Below, piece by piece: positions 9,212 through 17,730 of a stretch of 42,178 nt of DNA. The translations under genes and the position numbers were made by a program. The notes under the pieces are model-generated. The model saw only the letters and a program-made list of their open reading frames with translations, had not been told where the DNA came from and searched no databases. Origin of the DNA: Candidatus Aenigmatarchaeota archaeon (lineage in GTDB: Archaea > Aenigmatarchaeota > Aenigmatarchaeia > QMZP01 > JAUXAV01); contig JAUXAV010000001.1 in the NCBI GenBank assembly GCA_030619735.1, positions 1 through 42,178 on the forward strand. Reading direction: 5' to 3'. Numbering within the stretch: the stretch's first letter is position 1; every line of letters begins with the position of its first letter.

Positions 9212-9670
9212 CTAGAGGATTTTGTTCGCCTTTATCACTATATCCCTGGGATTAAGACCTGAAACTGATTCAACCTGAATATAAATTTGTTGGGGTTGCC
9301 TTTTATCTTTATCCCATTCCCGAGCGTGTCTAACCACATAGTCTACTGATTTGTCCCTTATGGTCTGTTCTGGGAAAAGCGAGGCATGCACGCCGCCCCA
9401 GACTACCGGCAGGTGAGGGTCCTTCTCCTTCACAATATCAGAGAGCCTCACGCCGTGGGCAATCTGGTCTGACATGGCTGTTATACCCACCATCTCTGTC
9501 TTGTTAATAAGGGATTTGAGAATGGATTCAGAATCCTCTATCTGGGAGTCAAGAATCCTTACCCTATGCCCTGCCCTGTGTAGAACCGTACCCAAATAAA
9601 GAAGGGACATGTAAAGGTTCACGGTTCCCTCCTCGCCCTTGGGGTTTATTATCGTTATATGCATCTGCAT
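9212..9670 (-). pseudogene. N-terminal B12-binding-domain fragment of a radical-SAM paralogue (no CX3CX2C core)
   Basis: The first ~113 residues (LLYLGTVLHRAGHRVRILD...VVWGGVHASLFPEQTI...VDYVV) align with the N-termini of the 490-aa and 500-aa B12-rSAM proteins. After ~9331 similarity is lost, and the ORF ends at 9212 without the Fe-S motif. Confidence 0.65.
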
Positions 9671-9760
9671 CTCCTATTAATCAAATATTAGTTAACTGCT
9701 GCAGAGATGTCTCTTGAAGTGTTACCTGTTTTATTGAGTAACCGGAGACAAGATATGCAG
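9663..9760 (-). repeat. Leader repeat, copy 1: conserved ~95-nt element forming the 5' leader and RBS of the radical-SAM fragment
   Basis: Shares with 28630-28725 the blocks ATATCTTGTCTCC, CAAGAGACATCTCTGCA (plus strand TGCAGAGATGTCTCTTG at 9700-9716) and TTAATAGGAGATGCAGAT directly abutting the ATG. Has an internal GTTAC/GTAAC hairpin at 9721-9742. Confidence 0.8.
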
Positions 9761-9819
9761 CCTCTATATATCAGCATATTTTTAAATAATATAAGCCAAT
9801 AACAAGAGTTGGTGGGATA

Positions 9820-11175
9820 ATGGAAAGGATACTGAAGATTTCTGATGAAATTTGTTCCTTTATAAGGAACAGAATACCCAACAGATATGGCTTGTTCAGG
9901 ACAGAGCAGTTTAATGGAAAGCTGGAGTGGGTAAGTAACCGGTGCGACCCTGACGATTTCGGGGATTTCGCACCATTCATGCTCTGGTTCGATAGGGTGG
10001 CAGGCAAGTCATCAAACACCAGATGGCTTGAAAGGCAGCTCGGGCTTCTCAACTCCCTGCTCAGGCAGAAGTCCGGTTTTTACTACCCCTTTTCTGATGG
10101 GAGGAGAAGAGTGAAACAGTCCAATATCTTTCCTGTCTACCCACAAAGCCACCTGGACCTTATCCTGGGGGTCAATATCATGTACAGGCTCACAAAAGAC
10201 AGGGCTTATCTGGAGATAAACAGGGGCCTTTGCGACGGGATTATAAGATATGCTATATCAAGAAGGGGTTTTGTGCACGGGGCCGTGATTCCTGGCCTGC
10301 ACCTGCATTTCCCTAGGCTCGGCTACCTGAGGTACAAACCCCAGGTCTCGGGCGTGTTCATAGAGGAATTGACGAACTTCTATGAGATATCCAGAAAGGA
10401 TGCTTACCTGGAGGCTGCAAAGAGAATGGCAAAGGCGTGGCTTAACACCAAAACCTTCATGAGGCACGGGCTCTTTGCAGACCAGGTCTATCCCCTCACA
10501 AACAGGGAGGTTAGCACTGCCAGGATATCAAAGGAGAACACTAATATGATATATGGCCTGATAAGGCTATATGAGATATCAGGTGAGGAATGGGTCAAGG
10601 GTGGTATCTTGAAGTGCCTGAAGGCCCTGGAGCTTTACAGGGATGCCCAAAAGGTATACCAGAAGGTCTTTGACACGAAACTGGACAGGATTGTTGACGG
10701 AAATGTCAGCATAACACACAACCATATGGTCCTGGGCGCCTTGATAGATGCCTATTTGGTGCTGAAGGACAGGAAATATCTTAAATCTGCAGAAGAGTCT
10801 GCTGATTTCTGGATAAGGACACAGTCAAAAAACGGACTTTTTTTGGGGTGCGAGAAAGGGCAGGAGAAATGGAACTATTGCAATATAGATTCGCACTCGG
10901 ATTTCATTGTTATACTTTCCAGGCTATACGGGCTGACAAAAAGGGAAAGATACATGCGGAGCATAAAAAAGGCTGCATATGCACTGGGTTTATTCAAATC
11001 AGGGGAGGTTTTTTATAAAATAGCGGATTATGAGACCGGGAATATTTTATGCCGGACGAATGAGCTTAAATTCCTGGGAGGGGCGCTCAAGGGTCTGCTG
11101 AGTGCATATACGGTTTTAAATAATGTTAAGAAAATAGATAAAGAGACCCTTAGGCTGCTGGTAAGGGACAGGTAA
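9820..11175 (+). CDS. Hypothetical protein, probably an (alpha/alpha)6-toroid (AGE / six-hairpin-glycosidase / C5-epimerase-like) fold
   Basis: 451 aa. Five repeats of a hydrophobic helix followed by (K/R)(D/E)xxYLxxAxxxA at ~58-67-residue spacing: TKDRAYLE, SRKDAYLEAAKRMA, SGEEWVKGG, LKDRKYLKSAEESA, TKRERYMRSIKKAA. The fold call is by pattern only. Confidence 0.35.
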   Translation: MERILKISDEICSFIRNRIPNRYGLFRTEQFNGKLEWVSNRCDPDDFGDFAPFMLWFDRVAGKSSNTRWLERQLGLLNSLLRQKSGFYYPFSDGRRRVKQSNIFPVYPQSHLDLILGVNIMYRLTKDRAYLEINRGLCDGIIRYAISRRGFVHGAVIPGLHLHFPRLGYLRYKPQVSGVFIEELTNFYEISRKDAYLEAAKRMAKAWLNTKTFMRHGLFADQVYPLTNREVSTARISKENTNMIYGLIRLYEISGEEWVKGGILKCLKALELYRDAQKVYQKVFDTKLDRIVDGNVSITHNHMVLGALIDAYLVLKDRKYLKSAEESADFWIRTQSKNGLFLGCEKGQEKWNYCNIDSHSDFIVILSRLYGLTKRERYMRSIKKAAYALGLFKSGEVFYKIADYETGNILCRTNELKFLGGALKGLLSAYTVLNNVKKIDKETLRLLVRDR

Positions 11176-11179
11176 TTGT

Positions 11180-11830
11180 ATGGATGTAATGGATGCCATA
11201 AAAAAGAGGAGGAGTGTGAGGAAATTCCTGGACAAGCCTGTGGAGGATGAGAAGGTAATGAGGCTTATAGAAGCTGCCAACTGGTGCCCTACTGCATCCA
11301 ATATGCAAGCATACAGGTTTATAATAATTAGTGACCAGAAACTGAAGGAGGAGCTGGTCCGGATTGGTGGTGCCAGTTTTATCAAGGATGCACCCCTGGG
11401 CATCCTGGTGGTATACAGTAATGAAACAGGGAATATTGAATACCAGGACTACATACAGAGCGCCTCTGCAGCAATCCAGAACATACTGCTGGCGGCATGT
11501 GATATGGGATTGGGGACCTGCTGGATATGCGACCTCCCACCAAAGGAAAGGCTGAGGGAGCTGCTGGGTATACCAAAGAATTATGACCCCATAGCATATA
11601 TTGCACTGGGCTATTATGATAAGCTGCCGGAGCCTGCGCCAAGGAAGCATGATATAGACGAGCTGATATCCTACAACAGCTTCGATTTCGAGGCGGGAAA
11701 GCAGAAATCCAGAAGGTTTATAGGCAGGATATACCAGAAGATAAAGCCTAGAAAAGATGACTACTGGTGCAGAAAATGCGGCCAGCTAATTGCAAATTGT
11801 AAATGTAAAAACAAGGGTAAGGGAAGCTGA
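11180..11830 (+). CDS. Nitroreductase-family flavoprotein with a C-terminal four-Cys tail
   Basis: AIKKRRSVRKF...PTASNMQAYRFIII... is the nitroreductase signature. Extra tail WCRKCGQLIANCKCKNKGKGS (CX2CX6CXC). Starts 4 nt after the preceding gene. Confidence 0.8.
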   Translation: MDVMDAIKKRRSVRKFLDKPVEDEKVMRLIEAANWCPTASNMQAYRFIIISDQKLKEELVRIGGASFIKDAPLGILVVYSNETGNIEYQDYIQSASAAIQNILLAACDMGLGTCWICDLPPKERLRELLGIPKNYDPIAYIALGYYDKLPEPAPRKHDIDELISYNSFDFEAGKQKSRRFIGRIYQKIKPRKDDYWCRKCGQLIANCKCKNKGKGS

Positions 11831-11888
11831 GACAAGAATTCATCATATATAACGCTTTTAAATTCTTTGGCATATATTAACCTAAAAG

Positions 11889-13178
11889 GTGACCTCTATG
11901 AAGATTTCCATTGTGGGAACAGGATATGTTGGGCTCTGCACAGGTGTGGGTCTTGCTGTCAAGGGTCATAATGTGACATGCGTGGACATTGACAAGGAAA
12001 AGGTTGAGAAGATAAATACAGGCAAATCTCCCATTTATGAGCCAGGGCTCGGTGAAAACCTTGCCAGGGTCCTGAAAGAGGGCAGGTTCAGGGCAACAGG
12101 CGACATAAAGGGCGCAATCACAAACTCGGATGTCACGTTCATATCTGTCGGGACCCCCTCAAGGGAGGACGGTTCCATAGACCTGAAATATATAAAGCAG
12201 GCCTCAAGGAATATAGGAAATGTGCTCAGAGAGAAACAGGGCTGGCACGTGGTTGTTGTGAAATCCACTGTTATTCCTGGAACCACCGAAGGGGTTGTAA
12301 AGAAAAACCTGGAAGAGGCATCGGGAAAGAAGGCAGGGAAGGATTTTGGCCTCTGTATGAACCCCGAATTCCTGAGGGAGGGAAAAGCATTAGAGGGCTT
12401 CCTGAACCCGGACAGGGTTGTGATAGGGGAGCTGGACAAAAAATCAGGGGACCCTGTTGCTGGCCTTTACGAGGGATTCCGGGCGCCGGTCATGAGGACC
12501 GGGATAAAAACAGCAGAGATGATAAAGTATGCAAGCAATGCCCTGCTGGCCACAAAAATAAGCTTCATAAACGAGATAGGGAACATATGCAAGAAGCTGG
12601 GCATTGACACCTATGATGTTGCAAAGGGCATGGGAATGGACAAGAGGATTTCACCCCAGTTCCTGCAGTCAGGGCTTGGTTGGGGGGGTTCCTGCTTTTT
12701 GAAAGATGTCGCCGCGATAGTGGCAAAGGGCAAGGAACTGGGATGTATGGCAGGCCTGCTTGAAAGTGTAATAAAAGTGAACGAGGAACAGCCGGGGGTT
12801 TTACTTAAGCTGGCAGAGGGGAAAGCAGGTTCTGTTCAGGGTAAGACCATTGCTGTATTGGGGCTGGCATTCAAGCCAGATTCTGATGACATAAGGGAGT
12901 CAAGGTCCATACCCCTGATAAAGGCGCTCAGGAAGAAGGGTGCCAATATTGTTGTTTATGACCCAAAGGCAATGGAAAACATGAAGGTATTCTTCCCTGA
13001 TATAGAATATGCAGGGTCTGCAAAAGAGGCTGTTGGTAAAGCGGAAATCGTTCTGATTGCAACAGGCTGGGAGGAGTTCAAGGATCCGGAATTGTATGGG
13101 AATAAGATTGTAATAGACGGGAGGAATATATTTAAGGATGGGAAGAAACTGGATAATTATGAGGGGCTTTGCTGGTGA
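11889..13178 (+). CDS. ugd: UDP-glucose 6-dehydrogenase family (probable start ATG 11898)
   Basis: MKISIVGTGYVGL Rossmann start, NPEFLREG, and the catalytic-Cys motif GWGGSCFLKD. Confidence 0.85.
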   Translation: MTSMKISIVGTGYVGLCTGVGLAVKGHNVTCVDIDKEKVEKINTGKSPIYEPGLGENLARVLKEGRFRATGDIKGAITNSDVTFISVGTPSREDGSIDLKYIKQASRNIGNVLREKQGWHVVVVKSTVIPGTTEGVVKKNLEEASGKKAGKDFGLCMNPEFLREGKALEGFLNPDRVVIGELDKKSGDPVAGLYEGFRAPVMRTGIKTAEMIKYASNALLATKISFINEIGNICKKLGIDTYDVAKGMGMDKRISPQFLQSGLGWGGSCFLKDVAAIVAKGKELGCMAGLLESVIKVNEEQPGVLLKLAEGKAGSVQGKTIAVLGLAFKPDSDDIRESRSIPLIKALRKKGANIVVYDPKAMENMKVFFPDIEYAGSAKEAVGKAEIVLIATGWEEFKDPELYGNKIVIDGRNIFKDGKKLDNYEGLCW

Positions 13179-13193
13179 AAATTTATCAGAATG

Positions 13194-14666
13194 TTAATTT
13201 TGTTTTAACCTGTTTAGGGTATATACCTTTACAATTTTGTGCATTATTCTGCTGAAAAAGCTGCTCTTATTTGCATACCTTTGCTGCAGCCAGCTGAGCA
13301 TGGGAAGCTCAATGGGAAAGGAAAAATTCCTGTTTGACAATCTCCATTGAGGGATATTGCTTATTATTGGAATATTAAGATGCCTGAGTGCAATTATTTG
13401 GGAATACTTTCTTATCATATAGAAATTCCTTGCCTTCTTTTCGCTGTCCTTGCCAGACATCCATACAGGGTCTATTATGTTTTTCCACCTGTCCAGAAGA
13501 TACCAGTCTTCTGTTCTCTTTGGCTGGTTGAACCCCCTCTTTACAGCCAGGTCATACAAATCTGTTCCGGGGTAAGGCAGATACATGCCGATTGTATATC
13601 CAATCCTCGGATGAATTTCCGATAGCCGTAAAATAATGTCAATTGTCTTTCCGATTTCTTTCCATGTTTCTGTAGGCAAACCTATTAGAAAAGAGGCGCT
13701 GATATAGATATCCTTGTATTCTGACAATGTCTTGATTCCTTCTACAATATCCTTTGTAGTGAACTGTTTATTGATTAATCTTAAGACTTTATCGCTTCCT
13801 GATTCCAGACCGAAAAATAACCCTCTGCACTGTATATTTCTGAATTTATCAAGCATCTGCCTGGATATGTCCTTTATATTTGTGCCAACCTCCCAGGGAA
13901 GGTCTATTGCCGTGAGAATTTCCATTGCCCTTTTCGGATTTGAAAAGAAATTATCATCATAGAATCCTATCCCGTCAATGCCATGTTCATCTTTGAGCCT
14001 TTGTATTTCAGATATAACAAAATCTATTGAATGGGCTCTCCATATTCCCATGTTAAATCTCTTGTTGTAGCAGAATGTGCAGTTGTACGGACACCCTCTT
14101 GATGTTATAAATTTTATAACCCTTTTGCAATCCCATAAAGACAGATAATATTTTTTTATATCCACCAAATCCCAGTCCAGCCTGTAATCATCAAGATTCT
14201 TTATCAAGGGTCTTTGTTCTGTAAAAACCAATTTACCATTCTTTTTATATCCAATGCCCTTTACATCCTTGAAGCCCCTGCCCCTCTCTATTGCCTTTGC
14301 TAGCTCAACTATGGCTTCTTCCCCCTCCCCAGAAATAATGAAATCAATATATTTTTCACCCAGGGTCTGCTCAGGGACCAGAGATGGGTGTATGCCGCCC
14401 CATACTATTGGGATATTGCTTAATTTTCTAATCTCCCTTGACATCTGGGCTGAAAACCTTGTCTGGTTCCCTGTGAATACCGAGATGCCCACAAACAGGG
14501 GGTCCTTTCTAATTATACGCCTGGCACAACTTTCTATCTGGTCTGAGGGGCAATGAAAAACCTGAACATCATAACCTGCCTTTTTCAATGCATCACCCAG
14601 GTACAGCAGACTCAGTGGCGGGATGTTCATGTATTCTGGTGTGCTTATGTTTGTAAGCGCTATCAT
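13194..14666 (-). CDS. B12-binding-domain radical SAM protein (class B type)
   Basis: 490 aa. N-terminal cobalamin-binding-like domain (LLYLGDALKKAGYDVQVF...VWGGIHPS) followed by SRGCPYNCTFC (CX3CX2C). AT-rich: one 60-nt line at 13741 counts 18 G+C. Confidence 0.8.
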   Translation of the reverse strand: MIALTNISTPEYMNIPPLSLLYLGDALKKAGYDVQVFHCPSDQIESCARRIIRKDPLFVGISVFTGNQTRFSAQMSREIRKLSNIPIVWGGIHPSLVPEQTLGEKYIDFIISGEGEEAIVELAKAIERGRGFKDVKGIGYKKNGKLVFTEQRPLIKNLDDYRLDWDLVDIKKYYLSLWDCKRVIKFITSRGCPYNCTFCYNKRFNMGIWRAHSIDFVISEIQRLKDEHGIDGIGFYDDNFFSNPKRAMEILTAIDLPWEVGTNIKDISRQMLDKFRNIQCRGLFFGLESGSDKVLRLINKQFTTKDIVEGIKTLSEYKDIYISASFLIGLPTETWKEIGKTIDIILRLSEIHPRIGYTIGMYLPYPGTDLYDLAVKRGFNQPKRTEDWYLLDRWKNIIDPVWMSGKDSEKKARNFYMIRKYSQIIALRHLNIPIISNIPQWRLSNRNFSFPIELPMLSWLQQRYANKSSFFSRIMHKIVKVYTLNRLKQN

Positions 14667-14913
14667 ACCTAATCACTACAAAAGGATTTGACCGTATGCT
14701 TTATATTCTTTAATCCCAAAATGCAGTTGTTGCAGCTTGTCAGGTATTTAAAATACTGTGTTTAATTATATTAAATTAGTTAGAAGGCCCCACAGACCAC
14801 TTCAAGCTGCGATACTAATAAAAACCTTCTATTGCTTAATTTCATAATCAACATAAAATAAATAATACAAAGCCATATATAATATCCAGGCAAAGAAAAA
14901 GGAGGAGAAGTAG

Positions 14914-15750
14914 ATGACAGATGATATAATTGGTCTGGTCCCTGCAGCAGGAGAGGGAACAAGGCTCTACCCCTTTGCAAGGGCGGTTCCAAAAGAGATG
15001 TACCCCATCCTGGGCAAGGCCGTGATAGAGCACTGTATAGAGAACCTGAGGGAAGGTGGAGTCAGGAAGATATTCATAATCGTGGGCAGGCAGAAGGGAG
15101 CCTTAATGGACTATATCGGCGATGGCAGTTTTTTCGGTGTCAATGTATCATATATATACCAGCTCAAGAGGATGGGCCTCGGCCATGCAATACTGCAGGG
15201 TAGTGAATGGATTAAGAACCCCTTCGTGGTCCTGCTCGGGGATTCCTTCATAGAGCCCAAGAAGGAGATGAAGGAGCTCATAGACCTCCACAAAAGGGAG
15301 AAGCCCATTGCAACAGTTATGCTTTTTGAGGTTGACAGCCCTAAAGGATACGGTATTGTAAAGCTTTCGGATTTGAAGGACGGATACGGTACTGTTGAAA
15401 AGCTTGTGGAGAAGCCCTCAGATGAGGAGGCAAAGGAATATAGAACTGGAGGCAAATTCTATGCACTGTGCGGCGCATATGCCTTTGAGCCGGAAATATT
15501 CAACTATATCAGGGAAACAAATCCGGGGGCAAAGGGTGAAATCCAGATAACAGACTCCCTGGAGCTTGCAAGAAGGAAGGGGGAAAGTATCTTGGGTTTT
15601 GTGATGAAGGGAAAATATCTGGACATAGGCAACTGGGATAGCGTCCTCAAGACAGAAAAGGAACTGCTCTCCTCTTCTGATGCTGAAAAGCATATAAAAG
15701 AAAGGGAAGAAATGATGGATAAGATAAAAATGAAAGAGAAGGAGGGTTGA
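14914..15750 (+). CDS. UTP-glucose-1-phosphate uridylyltransferase-like sugar nucleotidyltransferase
   Basis: VPAAGEGTRLYPFARAVPKEMYPILGK resembles the GalU AAGxGTRxLPxTKxxPKEMLPI signature. GGAGG Shine-Dalgarno sequence ~9 nt upstream of the ATG. Confidence 0.7.
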   Translation: MTDDIIGLVPAAGEGTRLYPFARAVPKEMYPILGKAVIEHCIENLREGGVRKIFIIVGRQKGALMDYIGDGSFFGVNVSYIYQLKRMGLGHAILQGSEWIKNPFVVLLGDSFIEPKKEMKELIDLHKREKPIATVMLFEVDSPKGYGIVKLSDLKDGYGTVEKLVEKPSDEEAKEYRTGGKFYALCGAYAFEPEIFNYIRETNPGAKGEIQITDSLELARRKGESILGFVMKGKYLDIGNWDSVLKTEKELLSSSDAEKHIKEREEMMDKIKMKEKEG

Positions 15751-15751
15751 C

Positions 15752-16681
15752 ATGAAGACATGTCTTGTAACAGGAGGGGCAGGTTTTATTGGTTCACATC
15801 TTTGCAGGAACCTTCTGAAGAAGGGATATAGGGTTATATGTATTGATAATTTATGTACGGGCTCCAGAAAAAACATTTCTGGTTTAAAGGGAAACTTTGA
15901 GTTCATCGAGAAGGATGTCAAGGAGGGGTTTGAGGTTAAGGGACACATGGATTTTATCTTCCATCTCGCCTCAAGGGCCAGCCCTCTGGATTTCACAAAA
16001 TATCCCATTGATATCCTTCTGACGAATTCCATAGGAACATATAATGTGCTGAAGCTTGCCATGGAGAAAAAGGCAAGGTTTCTGCTTGCCTCCACCAGTG
16101 AGGTTTATGGAAATCCCTTGGAGCATCCCCAGAAGGAGACATACTTTGGCAATGTCAATTCCTTGGGACCAAGATCATGCTATGATGAAAGCAAGAGGTT
16201 TGCAGAGTCCCTGACCATGAATTTTCATAAAAAGTTTGGGGTCGATGTAAGGATTGCCAGGATATTCAACTGCTTTGGGGAATCCATGAAGGCGGATGAT
16301 GGTAGGGTCATCCCGAATTTCATAAACCAGGCACTAAAGGGTAAGGATATAACCATATACGGGATAGGGAAGCAGACAAGGTCCTTCTGCTATGTATCTG
16401 ATATGGTTGAGGGTCTTGAGAAGCTCATGTTCTCCAAACATAATGGCATGGTGTTTAACCTTGGCTCACCGAATGAGTTGAGCATAATTGAGGTTGCCAA
16501 TCTTATAAAGGGGCTTATGGGTTCTGATTCCGAAATCGTATTCAAGGAGGCTCTTGAGAACGATCCTGAGAGAAGGGAGCCCGATATCTCTAGGGCAAGG
16601 AAGCTTCTTGATTGGGAGCCAAAGGTTAGTTTTGAAGAGGGGTTAAAGAAGACTATTGAGTATTTCAGGGAGGGAAAATGA
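15752..16681 (+). CDS. uxs: UDP-glucuronate decarboxylase (UDP-xylose synthase)-like SDR
   Basis: TGGAGFIGSHL and ASTSEVYGNPLEHPQKETYFGNVNSLGPRSCYDESKRFAESL match the UXS signature, including YxxxK. Confidence 0.8.
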   Translation: MKTCLVTGGAGFIGSHLCRNLLKKGYRVICIDNLCTGSRKNISGLKGNFEFIEKDVKEGFEVKGHMDFIFHLASRASPLDFTKYPIDILLTNSIGTYNVLKLAMEKKARFLLASTSEVYGNPLEHPQKETYFGNVNSLGPRSCYDESKRFAESLTMNFHKKFGVDVRIARIFNCFGESMKADDGRVIPNFINQALKGKDITIYGIGKQTRSFCYVSDMVEGLEKLMFSKHNGMVFNLGSPNELSIIEVANLIKGLMGSDSEIVFKEALENDPERREPDISRARKLLDWEPKVSFEEGLKKTIEYFREGK

Positions 16682-16764
16682 AGGTCCTTGGCTGGGAACC
16701 AAGGATTTGGTTTGAGGAAGGCCTTAAAGGGCTGATAGAATATATAAAGAAGCGCGGGAATTAG
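16681..16764 (+). pseudogene. Orphan 3' tail of an SDR epimerase/decarboxylase gene (27 codons + stop), out of frame behind uxs
   Basis: Translation KVLGWEPRIWFEEGLKGLIEYIKKRGN* mirrors the true uxs C-terminus LDWEPKVSFEEGLKKTIEYFREGK. It starts at the last base of the uxs stop codon, in a different frame. Confidence 0.7.
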
Positions 16765-17694
16765 TTATGGTTTCTGTTCCCTAAACCATTTAATATGCTC
16801 CCTGAGCCCTGATTCTATGCTGTATTTTGGTTCATAGCCAAGCTCATTCCTCGCCAGGGTTATGTCAGCAAGCGTGTCCTGGACATCACCTGGCTGCATT
16901 TTCTTTAATATAACCTTGGTCTTGCCCACTAGCCTGAAGATTATCTCGACTAATTCCTTTACACTGATGCTCCTTCCTGAGCCAATATTGTATAATCCAG
17001 GCTTTTCATTAAGCGCTAAGATGTTGGCATCTACGACATCCTTAACATATGTAAAATCCCTTGTCTGCTTTCCGTCTCCGTATATCTCTATGGGCTTACC
17101 TGCAAGTATGTTACATATGAATTTGCATATCGCCTCATCAGGTCTCTGTCTGGGGCCGTATACCGTAAAGTACCTGAGTATAGTGAGATTGAATCCGTAG
17201 AGCTTACCGAACGTATTGCACCAGGCCTCTCCCTGGAACTTTGAGAGGCTGTAGGGGGATATTGGCATGGGTTTTCTCTTCTCTGACACAGGCAGCCCTT
17301 CCCTTGGAACCTCCCCGTATATTGATGAAGAGGATGCATAAATAAATTTATTTGTGTCCCTGAATGCCTCAAGGAGATTGATGGTTCCTAGGACATTGGT
17401 TGTGAAATACTTCAGGGGATTCTTTATGGAGCTCCTGACACCTGCCATTGCTGCCTGATGGTTTACTATATCCACTCTACCAACCTTCTTGAAAATGGAT
17501 TTATTCAGTATAGAACCGAATATGAATTTGAAGTCCTTGTTTTGCTTAAGGATTTCCAGGTTTTTCTTTTTCAGCTCAGGGGAATAATAGGGGTCAAGAT
17601 TATCTATTCCAACAACTTCATGGCCCTGCTTAAGAATCTCTTCTGCTACATGGGAGCCTATGAATCCTGCACAACCTGTGACAAGCACTCGCAT
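16765..17694 (-). CDS. NAD-dependent epimerase (UDP-glucuronate/UDP-glucose 4-epimerase-like SDR)
   Basis: MRVLVTGCAGFIGSH, DNLDPYYSPELKKKNL (typical of uronate 4-epimerase-like members) and YSLSK (YxxxK). Confidence 0.7.
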   Translation of the reverse strand: MRVLVTGCAGFIGSHVAEEILKQGHEVVGIDNLDPYYSPELKKKNLEILKQNKDFKFIFGSILNKSIFKKVGRVDIVNHQAAMAGVRSSIKNPLKYFTTNVLGTINLLEAFRDTNKFIYASSSSIYGEVPREGLPVSEKRKPMPISPYSLSKFQGEAWCNTFGKLYGFNLTILRYFTVYGPRQRPDEAICKFICNILAGKPIEIYGDGKQTRDFTYVKDVVDANILALNEKPGLYNIGSGRSISVKELVEIIFRLVGKTKVILKKMQPGDVQDTLADITLARNELGYEPKYSIESGLREHIKWFREQKP

Positions 17695-17730
17695 ATTTAC
17701 ACCCTATCTTCTTTAAAGCAATTATTATAT

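Noticed and set aside
9671-9716. Palindrome plus AT-rich linker of the leader repeat as a core promoter (BRE/TATA)
   Set aside because: The AT-rich stretch lies only ~20 nt upstream of the ATG. A TATA box there would place the transcription start downstream of the start codon. A leader or operator role fits better.
9771-10052. 93-aa minus-strand ORF in the divergent region
   Set aside because: It mostly overlaps the 451-aa plus-strand gene. It is Ser/Leu-rich with no motifs.
14667-14913. Long (247-nt) AT-rich divergent spacer examined for a tRNA or ncRNA gene; likewise 19336-19518 and 23647-23929
   Set aside because: No tRNA-like T-arm (GGTTCRANTCC) or other recognisable RNA signatures were seen, only TATA-like runs and a GGAGG SD. 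Most simply these are bidirectional promoter regions. An unrecognised small RNA cannot be excluded without covariance searches.
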